A DNA stretch of 64,000 bases from a bacterium (GTDB taxonomy: Bacteria > Bacteroidota > Bacteroidia > Bacteroidales > WCHB1-69), in contig CAVIJD010000008.1 in the NCBI GenBank assembly GCA_963643165.1, forward strand, positions 4,397-68,396. The letters run 5' to 3'. The stretch's first letter is position 1, and every line of letters starts with the position of its first letter. This document shows positions 1-10,521 of this stretch, in pieces. Below the pieces are notes generated by a model, which was given only the letters and a program-made list of their open reading frames with translations, was not told the DNA's origin and ran no database searches. Made by a program: the position numbers and the translations under genes.

Positions 1-3000
1 AAGACTCCATCACAGCCACAGAATACATCGACTCCACCCTCTTCGACACCCTGAAGACCGACGCGCAGTATGTGGCCGTGCTCGACATCAGCATCAAGCA
101 GATGGAAGACACCTCCCAGCACTACGACCTGCTCAACGGCGGCAAGTCGCACTATGCCGCCTTCCGGCTCAAGGAGGAACCCGAGTTCAAGTCGGACCTC
201 AACACCAAGCTTGTGTGCGACTCCTCCAAGTACAACGCATTGGAAAAAGAGCCCATATTCCCGTCGCCGCAAACGTTGATAAAAGAGGCGCGTGAGTTTA
301 AGATGGGCGAGTTTCCGATGGTGATGCAGCGCGCCCAATACGACTCCACCAAGAAAACCTATAGCGGCGACGGCTACATCATCTGGCGTCCGCTCGGCGT
401 TGACGTGCGGCTCAAGGTGGATTTCAAAGACATAAAGTTCAACAAGAACTACGAGATTATCGCCGGCACCGCCACGAGCAGCGCCACCGACTCCGCCACC
501 TACCTGTCGGCGATGACCAATGAACTGGGGCTCGACCTCGACTCGTTAGGCACGCCCGAGCTCAACAAGATTGTAGCCAAACTGGGGCAGAACGAGGAGA
601 TCAAGAAAAAATACGAAACATTCAAAAGTTGGGGCGAAAAATACGCCAAGAAGTACGGTGGCCTGCTCGGACCGCTGCAAGGCGGCAACGTCGCCACCGA
701 GGTGCTCACCTTCCCGTTGAGCGTCACCGACGAGAAAATCACCGGCTCCAAAAACGTCGTCTTCGTCATCAACAACATGTACTTCTCGCCTGTGGCCTCC
801 CTCATGGGCTTCTGGGCCATCTTTGCCGCCAGCAGCGACAACGCATACGTGCCGTTCCTCGCCAACAACATCTGCATGGAACCGGGCAACCTGTTAGGAA
901 ATGCCGACCAGCACATAGAAATGTACATGGGGCGCAACTATGAGTTCGACCTCTCCAAAGGCTACAAGATGCGCTTCAAGAAAGCCTCCTCCTTCAGCGA
1001 CCCCAAAGACGGCACCGTCATCGTGATAGACTCCGGAAAGCTGAAAGACCTGTTTGTGGATATTGACTTCCAGATGAACCCCGAAGACTTGCGGAAAATC
1101 GACAAAGACGGAAAAGCGCTGAAAGGAAACCCCACCGACCCGGAATCCTGTGTCAAAGCCTCGTTCCGTGCCAACCTCCGCGACTGGGACGACTGGATGG
1201 TACAGATCAAGATGGACGCATTTGCGCCCGCCGACTGCGAGAACTTCTCATTCTACCCCACAGGCAAGGGCATTTGGTATGACCACTCCTCCACCAAGAC
1301 CCCTGACGAGATAGCCTTCCCCAAAGGCTACCTGACCGGGGGCATGGACACCGTAAAAGGGAAAGGCAACAAAACCGACACCCAGCAGCAAGCCGAGAAA
1401 GACAAAACCATGTCAAAGGAACGGCTGGAGTGGCAGGGCTTCTACTGGAACGAGATGACCATCTTCCTCTCCGAGGAAATCAGCAACACCTTCACCGACA
1501 AGAAAGAGCCGAAAGACTCTATGGTAGTGTATCATTACGGCATCAACAACAGCCAAACCGACTCGGCCCTCTACCATCGCACGGGGACCCGTGTCAACTT
1601 CGGGGCCAAAGACATCTTCATTGACACTTGCGGCTTCACGGCCGAGTTCTTTGTGCGCGACATTCTGAAAGCCGAAACCAAAAAAGGCGGCGGCTGGGCA
1701 TTCTCGCTCGACACCATCAGCGTGAGCATCCTCAAAAACGACTTCAAACATGCCTCCATCAAAGGCGCATTCGGCGTTCCGCTCTTCTCGGGCGACTTCC
1801 ACTACCATTGCGCCATCGGCGCCGACAGCCTCACCTTCAACATCGATGTCATGGACGACACCCTTGACCTTGACCTCTGGATAGCAAAGGTCTTGTTCGA
1901 CAAGAAATCCTCCTGCTTCAGAGTGAAGAAAATATATGATGAAGAAGACACCCGCTTTGACATGACCATAAGCGGAAAAATAAACATTGACTTTAACGCA
2001 ATAGACGTTCCATTCAACTTCGCACTCTGCAAATTTGAGGGCATGGGCATGCGCAACTACAACACCATCAAGGACACCAGCACCGTGGACGGCTTCGAGT
2101 TCACGCTTGGAAAGTGGAGTTTTGCCTCGCCGCAACACAGCATCGGGGGCGTGGCATCAGACAAGTATGGGAAACTGCACAACTTGGCGGCACCCGACGG
2201 CGGTGAGGTCGGAAGCCTCGACATTGCGGGAATCTTCACCGCCAGCCTCAAAGAACTGAAACCTTACGCCAGTTATGACTCCAAAGCGAAGAAACTCAAA
2301 CTTGGCTTCGACACTGAGCTGTCGCTGAAAGTGAACTTTGGCGAAAACAACGCCTTCGGCGGTTCCTTCGGATTCAAATTGTGGGGCACTTGCGAACCAT
2401 TCAACAATTTTAAAGTCAGCAAGCCCGAATTCGAATTAGGCAAGATTGGCGTACAATGCAACCTTGACGTCTTCGATCTGGAAGGGGAACTTGAATTTCC
2501 CAGCAAAGACGACAAGAGTTTCAAGACTGGACTTAAAGGGAAACTCAATGTCAGTTGCTTAGGCGGTTCTGTACAACTGAAAATGAGTGCCGGCTTCGGC
2601 ACTGCTGAAAAAAAGAATGGTGCCGGCACCTACTCTTGGTGGTTCTTGGACGGCGGTTGCAAGTTCCCGGGTGGCATTCCCCTCGGTGCCATCAGCATCA
2701 ATGGCTTCTCCGGTGGTTTTGCTTACAACATGGAATCCACAAGAGACTTGTCAAGTTTAACCTGTCAAAATCTTCTGGCCAAAGCCGAGGATAACTCTAA
2801 GCAAAACACGGCAGTCAACTCCGATGCTCAATTTGTGCCAAAGTATGACTATTGGGTTGCCAATGCCGGCATCAGCATGGTTCTTACCGGTGCTGAAAAC
2901 ACAATGAACGCCGACGGACTCGTCTCGCTGCGCATCGGCGAAGGCCACTTTACCGGCATTTTCATACAAGCCAATGCCTACGTGATGACCAAGATGGACA

Positions 3001-6000
3001 AGAGCAAAACTCCCGGTGACGGCACGAACAACAGTGGCAGCTTGGTGAAAGCCTCTGCCTTGATGGGCTACGAACAGACTTCCGAATGGAATTACTTCCG
3101 GATTTCCATTAATGCCAAATTGGATATTAATCTTGACAAATTACTTAAGGGTTTGTCTTCCACCACAGTAGGCGGGGCCGTACAAGCCGTGCATTCCGGA
3201 CTGATGAGAGCGGGTGCAAGCATCGTTGGCGGCGTTGACACAGTACTGAACAACTTAGGTTCCGTAGGTTCCTCTCTGAAAAAACATACGCAAAGCTTGC
3301 GCGAAGATGCCGTAGAAAGTTCCACCGGCAGCGGTGGCGCATTGCCAAGTTTCAGCATAGAGGCGAAAATACCGATTGATTTTGAACTGAAGCATTACAA
3401 GAAAAACACGGCTGACGGCAAGAAAGGGACAACCGACTGGTATTTCGCCATTGGCAAGCCCAAATACGACGAGCGTGTGCAGTTGAAATCCAATTTAGAC
3501 CTTGTAATAGCCAAAGCAGAGGCCGAATTCACGTTCTACCTGCAAACGGGCAATGCCTTTGCCTACGAACTGCCTCCATTGAGCCAATCCCTCAAAGAAT
3601 TCTTCGGGTTGGAAAAGAAAGGCAAAGAAATGCAAAAAGGCGCAAGTGAGGAAGGGGTCAAGAAAACACGTAAGATCCCGAACGACGACTGGCTCAAAAT
3701 CGACAAGGGCGGCGGTTTCTGTATGGGCTCGACTTTCCACACCAGATTGGAGTTCTGCTGCTTCCTTTATCTCAACATCGAGGCGGACTTAGGATTCGAC
3801 ATCGCCATGTTGGATGTGACGGGCTTAGGATGCCCCGGACATGGTCAAATCGGAAAGAACAACTTCTATGCTACGGGGCGTGTTTATGCGGCACTGCAAG
3901 GAGAAGTTGGTCTGAAAATCAATTTAGGGTTCTGGAGCGGCAAAATCAAACTCCTGTCCGCCGGTGTAGGCGCCTTGTTGCAGGGTGGCGGTCCTAACCC
4001 GTCGTATGCCTACGGACTGCTCCGTTTCAAAGTGAGTGCCTTGAACGGGTTGCTCAAATTCAGCACCTCCGTTGACTTCAGCATGGGTGAGGTTTGCGTG
4101 CCCGGTGCCGGCGACCCGCTCGCCAACGTCAAACTCTTCCAAAGCGTAACCCCCGGCTACGAAAACGAGAACACCGCCAAGGAATCCAAAAACGCCATTT
4201 CGGCATTGACCATTGGTGCCATCGTGTCCAATATGCCTTGGGACCAGGAAATCCCGCTGAGCGACAACGACAGAACGCGTAAATTCAGGTTCACACTGCT
4301 GGAGGACGATTGCAAATACAGCACTGCAGCCAACACACAGTACGCTGTGGTTTCAGGAAGAAACAGACTTGTGTTCACAAACAACAAAAACGATGCTAAC
4401 AGCATACTCTTTGAAAGCGAAGAGGGCGGATTTGTGCCTGATGTGAACAATAAACTTTACCTTAAGGCCCGAGCCTTTGAGTGGAGGAAGAAACTGAAAT
4501 CCAATGAAATCAGCAGCAAAGGCTTACGTTCCGACGATGCTTATCATGTTTCCGGTTCAAATAAAGGGGATATTTACAATAATGCTCCCGACTATTGCTG
4601 GCGCAACCCAACCTATCTGGATGAAGACCAAAAAAAGAAATACGAAATACGCACCTGGACACAAGACACCACGCTGTTCTTCAAGACTAAGCCCATGGGT
4701 TACACCCTTAACAACCAGGTTGTATTCGCATGGCCTTACAACGGAGAAATAAACTTCCCAAACAAAGAATACGTGTATAGAAACGGACACTATTGGGTCA
4801 ACCTTTACCTGTTCAAAGATAGACCTGACCTTTTCAAAACAAACAACTCCGGAAACAGAACATGCAAGATTATTCTGTTCACCAACAATATTGTGGGCAT
4901 TTATCTTGGCAATAATTATGAATATGAACTTTCATACGTATATGATGCAAGTGGCAAACTTCCCTTGTTGAGGATTCAGTTGCCGGACAAGATCGTCGGC
5001 TTGGGAGGTGGATTTAAAATCAAAATTTACTCCATTGAGAAAAGCAAGTTCGAAGCCGGCTTAAAACAGGAAGATCTGGCCATCACAAAAGTTGACCAAG
5101 AAAAGAGCCGCATTGCCATCTCTGACCAAACGTATGCGGATGCCATAAACGCACATAACAACCCGAACGGAAGTTCCGGAAAAGGTTCCAGCTCTCGCTT
5201 TGGCTCTTCAAAGGGTAATTCAAAAAATGACCAAATTCAGTCGTCGGTTATTTTCGCAAACGGAAAAGGCAAAGGAAACGTCAATATGCCAAACACTCCG
5301 CAAATTAAGGGTCGTTCCCATCCTTCCAACACAGCACCAGTTTCCTTTTCGAACAGTTCTCCAAAGAACGTTGTCAACATAAGGAACAACCAGTTGGAGG
5401 ATGTCTATAACTCGCTGCAAGAGTCCGGAAAAGACACGATGTACTATAAGCGCACACGGCTGAAGAACGCCATTGACGTTCTCGACAGAGATGGGGATCT
5501 TATCTATTGCTGGACCTGGGCAGCCACAACAACTGGATGGGGGGGCGCTAGAAAAACACCCGATTATGAGGCCTTGCTGAAAACTGACACCTACGGAGAA
5601 GAAAGACCGACCGATTTCATCAGTGCCAAATACAACCTCCTTTCAAGCACTTGCACCGTCACTGTAAAAAAGGACAAAATCATCTTAAATCCTCATTACG
5701 CCAATAGTGTGTTGTTGAATGCCAGAGGCCATCTTTTCCTTCCGCACGACTACCAAGACCCTGCAATGTATAACACCAATTGCATTCAACCACCAAGAGC
5801 GTTCTTCTTAACCAACTATAATGCGGAAATGAATGAGTTGCACAATCGCTATTTCCAGCATTTTTTGGATCTTGAACGATCCTTCAAATCATACTCCGAG
5901 GTTTCTTCGTTCAAGAAAGGTCTTTCTGCTGCTGACATTCAAAATTTAGATCGAACGATGGCAAAGGGACTGGTGGCAAATCCTAATTACGCTTTTTCTA

Positions 6001-7007
6001 ACATCAGCCGCAGAATAAAAGCCGGCACTCTATTTGAGCGTTGCAATGAAGCCAATTACCATCCTACCGCCATTGACAAACCTAAGATATTGGATTTCGA
6101 GGCAACAGTCCAGAACTTTGTCCCCTACAAAGAGGAAGATTTCAACAAAACTATCAATATGGGTGGTAGCGATTTACTGGATAGCAGATATAATAATTAT
6201 GTAAATGGAGTTCGCATCATCGATTATGCTACCCCATCTTTGATGGATGATGTGGTTAAATTCCATAATTTTTTCCAACGGAATCAACAATTAGCGCAGT
6301 ATTTCAACAAAAAAAGTTGGAAAGACAAGAAAAAAATAGTAGTAGACTTGACAGACAAATACAAATATGCAATGTTCGAGTATCCGGAGCCATTCCCATT
6401 CCAGATGCCTCTACTTTACCTTCCTATGCACTATATGAGTATTAAAAATGCATTATACGAATATGGTGATAGTTTCATAACAAGCGGCGGGATTACTATT
6501 TACAAGAAAAACTACGACAAATCTCGTTATTTCATTTACCACAAACAACTTCCAAAACGCTATTGGAATTGGAGTTATTACTGGTGGAGTGCAAAAGGGC
6601 AAGGCACAGAAGATGCCGGAGAAGGCTTGGACAGGAATTTTTACGACGGAGGCGGAAGAACAAGAAGCACAATATATTACAATGCAGTTCCGGGACATCC
6701 TGACCAACGCCTCGACCATATATTGGGCAGTTGGTATTATCATGAAGCCTACCCCACCCAATTTAGCAATTCTCTCTCTTACGCTTTTGTCACTTCCAAC
6801 TGTTCTAATTTTGAGGCGACACTTATGAAGATAGCTGTGGCCGTCAAGAACAACGATCCTATCGTTTTCTTCCCCACCAAGCAAGTCTATACTAATGCAA
6901 AATACTATTACTCTCTTAAGAATATTTCAAGTTTCAATAAAATACTCAGCAAACCTTATTTAGAAGTTAAAAGTTATGATTCTGATACAGAGTTCAACTA
7001 TAAATAA
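1..7007 (+). CDS. Giant uncharacterised protein, 5' end outside the window; beta-rich, Gly/Asp/Lys-rich repetitive segments
   Basis: Frame 3 is open from base 3 (DSITATEYIDSTLFDTLKTDAQYVAVLDIS...) through the 72..7007 ORF, so GTG at 72 is probably not the real start. Stop at 7007. Confidence 0.85.
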   Translation, partial: DSITATEYIDSTLFDTLKTDAQYVAVLDISIKQMEDTSQHYDLLNGGKSHYAAFRLKEEPEFKSDLNTKLVCDSSKYNALEKEPIFPSPQTLIKEAREFKMGEFPMVMQRAQYDSTKKTYSGDGYIIWRPLGVDVRLKVDFKDIKFNKNYEIIAGTATSSATDSATYLSAMTNELGLDLDSLGTPELNKIVAKLGQNEEIKKKYETFKSWGEKYAKKYGGLLGPLQGGNVATEVLTFPLSVTDEKITGSKNVVFVINNMYFSPVASLMGFWAIFAASSDNAYVPFLANNICMEPGNLLGNADQHIEMYMGRNYEFDLSKGYKMRFKKASSFSDPKDGTVIVIDSGKLKDLFVDIDFQMNPEDLRKIDKDGKALKGNPTDPESCVKASFRANLRDWDDWMVQIKMDAFAPADCENFSFYPTGKGIWYDHSSTKTPDEIAFPKGYLTGGMDTVKGKGNKTDTQQQAEKDKTMSKERLEWQGFYWNEMTIFLSEEISNTFTDKKEPKDSMVVYHYGINNSQTDSALYHRTGTRVNFGAKDIFIDTCGFTAEFFVRDILKAETKKGGGWAFSLDTISVSILKNDFKHASIKGAFGVPLFSGDFHYHCAIGADSLTFNIDVMDDTLDLDLWIAKVLFDKKSSCFRVKKIYDEEDTRFDMTISGKINIDFNAIDVPFNFALCKFEGMGMRNYNTIKDTSTVDGFEFTLGKWSFASPQHSIGGVASDKYGKLHNLAAPDGGEVGSLDIAGIFTASLKELKPYASYDSKAKKLKLGFDTELSLKVNFGENNAFGGSFGFKLWGTCEPFNNFKVSKPEFELGKIGVQCNLDVFDLEGELEFPSKDDKSFKTGLKGKLNVSCLGGSVQLKMSAGFGTAEKKNGAGTYSWWFLDGGCKFPGGIPLGAISINGFSGGFAYNMESTRDLSSLTCQNLLAKAEDNSKQNTAVNSDAQFVPKYDYWVANAGISMVLTGAENTMNADGLVSLRIGEGHFTGIFIQANAYVMTKMDKSKTPGDGTNNSGSLVKASALMGYEQTSEWNYFRISINAKLDINLDKLLKGLSSTTVGGAVQAVHSGLMRAGASIVGGVDTVLNNLGSVGSSLKKHTQSLREDAVESSTGSGGALPSFSIEAKIPIDFELKHYKKNTADGKKGTTDWYFAIGKPKYDERVQLKSNLDLVIAKAEAEFTFYLQTGNAFAYELPPLSQSLKEFFGLEKKGKEMQKGASEEGVKKTRKIPNDDWLKIDKGGGFCMGSTFHTRLEFCCFLYLNIEADLGFDIAMLDVTGLGCPGHGQIGKNNFYATGRVYAALQGEVGLKINLGFWSGKIKLLSAGVGALLQGGGPNPSYAYGLLRFKVSALNGLLKFSTSVDFSMGEVCVPGAGDPLANVKLFQSVTPGYENENTAKESKNAISALTIGAIVSNMPWDQEIPLSDNDRTRKFRFTLLEDDCKYSTAANTQYAVVSGRNRLVFTNNKNDANSILFESEEGGFVPDVNNKLYLKARAFEWRKKLKSNEISSKGLRSDDAYHVSGSNKGDIYNNAPDYCWRNPTYLDEDQKKKYEIRTWTQDTTLFFKTKPMGYTLNNQVVFAWPYNGEINFPNKEYVYRNGHYWVNLYLFKDRPDLFKTNNSGNRTCKIILFTNNIVGIYLGNNYEYELSYVYDASGKLPLLRIQLPDKIVGLGGGFKIKIYSIEKSKFEAGLKQEDLAITKVDQEKSRIAISDQTYADAINAHNNPNGSSGKGSSSRFGSSKGNSKNDQIQSSVIFANGKGKGNVNMPNTPQIKGRSHPSNTAPVSFSNSSPKNVVNIRNNQLEDVYNSLQESGKDTMYYKRTRLKNAIDVLDRDGDLIYCWTWAATTTGWGGARKTPDYEALLKTDTYGEERPTDFISAKYNLLSSTCTVTVKKDKIILNPHYANSVLLNARGHLFLPHDYQDPAMYNTNCIQPPRAFFLTNYNAEMNELHNRYFQHFLDLERSFKSYSEVSSFKKGLSAADIQNLDRTMAKGLVANPNYAFSNISRRIKAGTLFERCNEANYHPTAIDKPKILDFEATVQNFVPYKEEDFNKTINMGGSDLLDSRYNNYVNGVRIIDYATPSLMDDVVKFHNFFQRNQQLAQYFNKKSWKDKKKIVVDLTDKYKYAMFEYPEPFPFQMPLLYLPMHYMSIKNALYEYGDSFITSGGITIYKKNYDKSRYFIYHKQLPKRYWNWSYYWWSAKGQGTEDAGEGLDRNFYDGGGRTRSTIYYNAVPGHPDQRLDHILGSWYYHEAYPTQFSNSLSYAFVTSNCSNFEATLMKIAVAVKNNDPIVFFPTKQVYTNAKYYYSLKNISSFNKILSKPYLEVKSYDSDTEFNYK

Positions 7008-7018
7008 AAACATACGAT

Positions 7019-9256
7019 ATGAAGACAACAATGCTCAACAATAATCTCCTCAAAGCCAGCAATATACTTCTCTTTTTCCTTGGTTTCTGGTGCAACCATG
7101 CCTTGGCACAAGACATCGAGACCATTCAATATGTTGATACAACGGGAACTATTGACACGTCATCAACTTACGAGTCGCCATACGGAAAACGCTACAACTT
7201 TGTGTTGGTAGCGCGCAGCTACGGCGACAGCGTCGTGTTGCGTTGGGCTCCGGAGAACGCCGGCGTCTGGATTTCCGCCAACTACTACGGCTGGAACATC
7301 TTGCGCGACAAAGACGAGTCGGAAATTCGCGAGGACGACACCACCTTCAACATCCGGTTGAATGACAAACCCATCAAGCCGCTCTCCCTCGACGAGATGA
7401 TGCAGCGTTATGACTCTACCAACATTTTCATCGGGGCGGCGGCACAGGCCCTCTACGGCGAGTCGTACTACAACCCCAAAGAGGGCGACGGCTTGGCCAA
7501 CTACGTGTTCCGTCGCGACCAGGAACAAAACCAACGTATGGCCATGGCTTACCTTGCCGCCGAAGGACATCCTGAGGTGGCCGACGCCCTCGGCCTGCGC
7601 TTTGTGGATACTGCCGTTAAGGTTGGCCGTACCTATATGTACCGTGTTGAGAGCCTCATCCCGCAAGAACAGATCTTTATGCCCGCAAAATTCTTCATGG
7701 TCAACAACATTCCGTATGTGCGGTCCGAGGACGAGAAGATACCGGAAATACAGATCTACCAGAACGGTCCGTTCACAGCCTTTGTCTATTGGGAAAAGAA
7801 CAAACTGTCGGGATACTACGTGGAGCGCAGCAGCGACAACGGCAAGACCTGGGAAAAACTAAACAGCGCCCCCATCTACGGCTACATGCCAGACCACGAT
7901 GCCTACGAAGTGCTTGGCGACGACATCGGGAAACTGCTGGAACACAACGTCGGCTTAATTGACTCCCTGGAACTGAACGTCAAGTACCAATACCGCGTCA
8001 AGGCGTTTGATGCCTTTGGCGACTACGCTCCGGAACGCGTCTCCGAAAAGTTCGAGATGGAAGACCGCATACCGCCTACCGTGCCCGTGTTGGACGAAAT
8101 ACTGCCTAAAGACAACAAAGTGTGTACGCTACAGTGGTATATGGACAAAAAAGATGACGACCTCAAAGGTTTCATCGTAGCATTCTCGGACGTGCCGGAG
8201 GGACCGTGGAATCATGTTACCGAACTGCTTCCGCCCACCGCTCGCCAATGGACCGACAACGATGCCGAGAAGCGCGGCAGGGGCTTCTTCCGCATCTTTG
8301 CGGTTGACGAAAGCCAGAACTTCTCCTACTCCACCTCAAAGTGCAACAACATCGAAGACGTGTTCGCACCCGCACCGCCTACCGGCTTCCAAGCTTGGGT
8401 TGACACCGCCGGCGTGGTCTATTTCAACTGGAACAAAAGTCCTGAAAAAGACGTCTATGGCTACCATATCTATTTTGCCAACCAGATTGACCACGACTAC
8501 ATTCCAAAGACCAACTACAGGGTTGAAGACACAACCTGGACCGACACCGTCAGTTTGAACACCCTGACCAAGTACATATATTATTACATCGTGGCGGAAG
8601 ACTACAGTCACAACATCTCCTTGCCATCCGACACGCTGGCCGTGCCTGTGCCGGACACCATCGCGCCGGGCATCGCCCTGCTGGAAGACTACACCACCAC
8701 CAACGAGTCGGTGACCTTCAAGTGGCTGCAGAGCACCTCCGAGGACGTGGCCTACTACTACGTCTATCGCAAGTTTGACAACGAGAAGCAGTGGAAGTAC
8801 CTCCGCATCATCACCCCCGACGAGCTGGAGGAGAACGAGCCCATCATCCTCATTGACTACCCCGAACCCTCGCCCAAGAACTACAACTACTGCATCGAGG
8901 TAATTGACCGCGACGGGCTCTCGTCGGGCAAGACGGGACAGACCACCATACGTTTCCGCGGCGCGTCCACCCTCAAGATACCGCTCACCCTCAAGGCCGC
9001 ACCCCACAAGAGCGGCAACGGCGTCACCCTCAACTTCACCTACGAGTACGAGTCGCACCACGACTACTACGGCGTCATTTACAAGTCGGTGAACGGCGAG
9101 CCCGCCTACGTGCTGGGCAGTTTCAACCGCGGCGAGAACACCTACAACGACTTCAACGTCAACTCTGGTGACACGGTGTCGTACTACATCCGCATGATGC
9201 TGGGCAACGGCAAGCAGTCGCAGTCCTCTGAAACCGCAACCGTCAAGGTAAAATAA
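7019..9256 (+). CDS. Secreted fibronectin type III-like domain protein
   Basis: Signal peptide-like N-terminus (NNLLKASNILLFFLGFWCNHALAQ). Repeated FN3-like blocks (AFVYWEKNKLSGYYVERSSDNGKTWEKLN; VYFNWNKSPEKDVYGYHIYFA; VTFKWLQSTSEDVAYYYVYRK). Begins 11 bp after the giant ORF. Confidence 0.8.
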   Translation: MKTTMLNNNLLKASNILLFFLGFWCNHALAQDIETIQYVDTTGTIDTSSTYESPYGKRYNFVLVARSYGDSVVLRWAPENAGVWISANYYGWNILRDKDESEIREDDTTFNIRLNDKPIKPLSLDEMMQRYDSTNIFIGAAAQALYGESYYNPKEGDGLANYVFRRDQEQNQRMAMAYLAAEGHPEVADALGLRFVDTAVKVGRTYMYRVESLIPQEQIFMPAKFFMVNNIPYVRSEDEKIPEIQIYQNGPFTAFVYWEKNKLSGYYVERSSDNGKTWEKLNSAPIYGYMPDHDAYEVLGDDIGKLLEHNVGLIDSLELNVKYQYRVKAFDAFGDYAPERVSEKFEMEDRIPPTVPVLDEILPKDNKVCTLQWYMDKKDDDLKGFIVAFSDVPEGPWNHVTELLPPTARQWTDNDAEKRGRGFFRIFAVDESQNFSYSTSKCNNIEDVFAPAPPTGFQAWVDTAGVVYFNWNKSPEKDVYGYHIYFANQIDHDYIPKTNYRVEDTTWTDTVSLNTLTKYIYYYIVAEDYSHNISLPSDTLAVPVPDTIAPGIALLEDYTTTNESVTFKWLQSTSEDVAYYYVYRKFDNEKQWKYLRIITPDELEENEPIILIDYPEPSPKNYNYCIEVIDRDGLSSGKTGQTTIRFRGASTLKIPLTLKAAPHKSGNGVTLNFTYEYESHHDYYGVIYKSVNGEPAYVLGSFNRGENTYNDFNVNSGDTVSYYIRMMLGNGKQSQSSETATVKVK

Positions 9257-9295
9257 GAGGGGTTAGAAGAACCGCCAGCTCTGACACAGCCTGTA

Positions 9296-9689
9296 TTATA
9301 CAGGATCTGTCAAATTTTGAGGATTTCTGTTTATTGGATTATATTGATTTGCGGTGTCAAAGCAATTCTCCGCTGTCCCTGGGAACTGTTCAATCAAGGA
9401 CTTACGGACATTATCATATCCCTTAAAGACCGTAAACCATATTGACCAATAACCACCAGCCTTTGCCAAATCGACTATTGTATCAATGCCCACCTTTGGC
9501 TGTACATGTTCGACATGCAGGTCTCTCTGATTCTGGTTGTGGACTTCACAATAGGAGCAGAAATCACCGAGATTAGCCAAAAGTGGTTTTTTGGGCTTTT
9601 GTATATGGTTGATATGTTCGGGCAACACATTGAACTTTCCCCTCAACTGAAATCAATTCGCCAACAGCAGCCTTCTTCACTGGTCTCAT
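9296..9689 (-). pseudogene. HNH endonuclease remnant (PtuB/TIGR02646-like), frameshifted
   Basis: Contains FCSYCEVHNQNQRDLHVEHVQPK. An ATG at 9689 (MRPVKKAAVGELISVEG...) is in a different frame from the HNH ORF 9646..9296, implying a frameshift. Confidence 0.6.
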
Positions 9690-10460
9690 CTGGAATTCCT
9701 TTCTGCTCTCAAAAGAGACACGTATGCGGGATTGTCACTATATTCCGCCTCCATTTCATCCAGTGTTTTCTTAATTTCAATTGTTTCCTTATCGTCAACT
9801 TTATCTGACAATACTAAATCATATTACTTGTCAGCAAGTTTTACCATATTCTGATATCGCTGGCTTCTTTTCAGGTCTGACATATTCATCTCTGTCGCAG
9901 CTATCTCTTCTACACTTCGGTATATAGGGTCTGTGTCACTTGTCACGCCATCGAGCACAACAAGATTTTCTTTCTTAACACTTTGGACAATAAACGGAGA
10001 GTGTGTGGTGACAACAAATTGAATGTTCGGAAATGCCTTACGCAAATCTTCCAATATATGCATTTGCCATCTTGGATGCAGATAAAGTTCCAATTCATCA
10101 ATCATAACGATACCAGGGGTTTTCTCAACAGCATCCTTTCCAAGAAAACCATTCAGTTCAACACAACGATGTGCAATCTCTGCTGCAATACATATAACCG
10201 ATTTAAAACCATCGCTCATGTGCTCAAAGGTCTGATAAGTCGGGGGCAAATCCCGAACTCCTACACATGCCGAAAACTCGTTGTTTTTAGTGTCAATATG
10301 AATGTCATCCAATGCAGGTATTGCTTTGTACAAGGCATTAATGAACGCCTCAAAAGTACCTGGTGTAACTTGATTCGATTTCAGATTACGATCGTATCGG
10401 TACAACCAGTCGAATGCTCCCCCAACCACTGCCACTTTTTTTGCCGTCAGACGGCAAAAA
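9686..10460 (-). pseudogene. AAA/ABC-type ATPase remnant (PtuA/RloA/OLD-like), 5' truncated and with an in-frame stop
   Basis: Walker B/D-loop GIVMIDELELYLHP and H-loop VVTTHSPF are present. No Walker A is present. In-frame TAA at 9824-9826, after which the same frame continues (YDLVLSDKVDDKETIEIKKTLDEMEAEYSDNPAYVSLLRAERNSR) to a TGA overlapping the HNH ATG. Confidence 0.65.
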
Positions 10461-10463
10461 AAA
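10436..10463. terminator. Bidirectional rho-independent terminator-like hairpin
   Basis: TTTTTTTGCCGT-CAG-ACGGCAAAAAAAA; perfect stem ending in A/T runs. Confidence 0.7.
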
Positions 10464-10500
10464 GGGAGCAGTGGCGGCTCGTTTCGCCGCCACTGCTCCC
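10464..10500. repeat. 15-bp perfect inverted repeat hairpin
   Basis: GGGAGCAGTGGCGGC - TCGTTTC - GCCGCCACTGCTCCC, immediately next to the preceding hairpin and downstream of pepD. Confidence 0.8.
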
Positions 10501-10521
10501 GTGACTCATTGTAAGCTCCCG

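Noticed and set aside
1413-2138. 241-aa minus-strand ORF
   Set aside because: Antisense shadow of the giant ORF with no recognisable domain.
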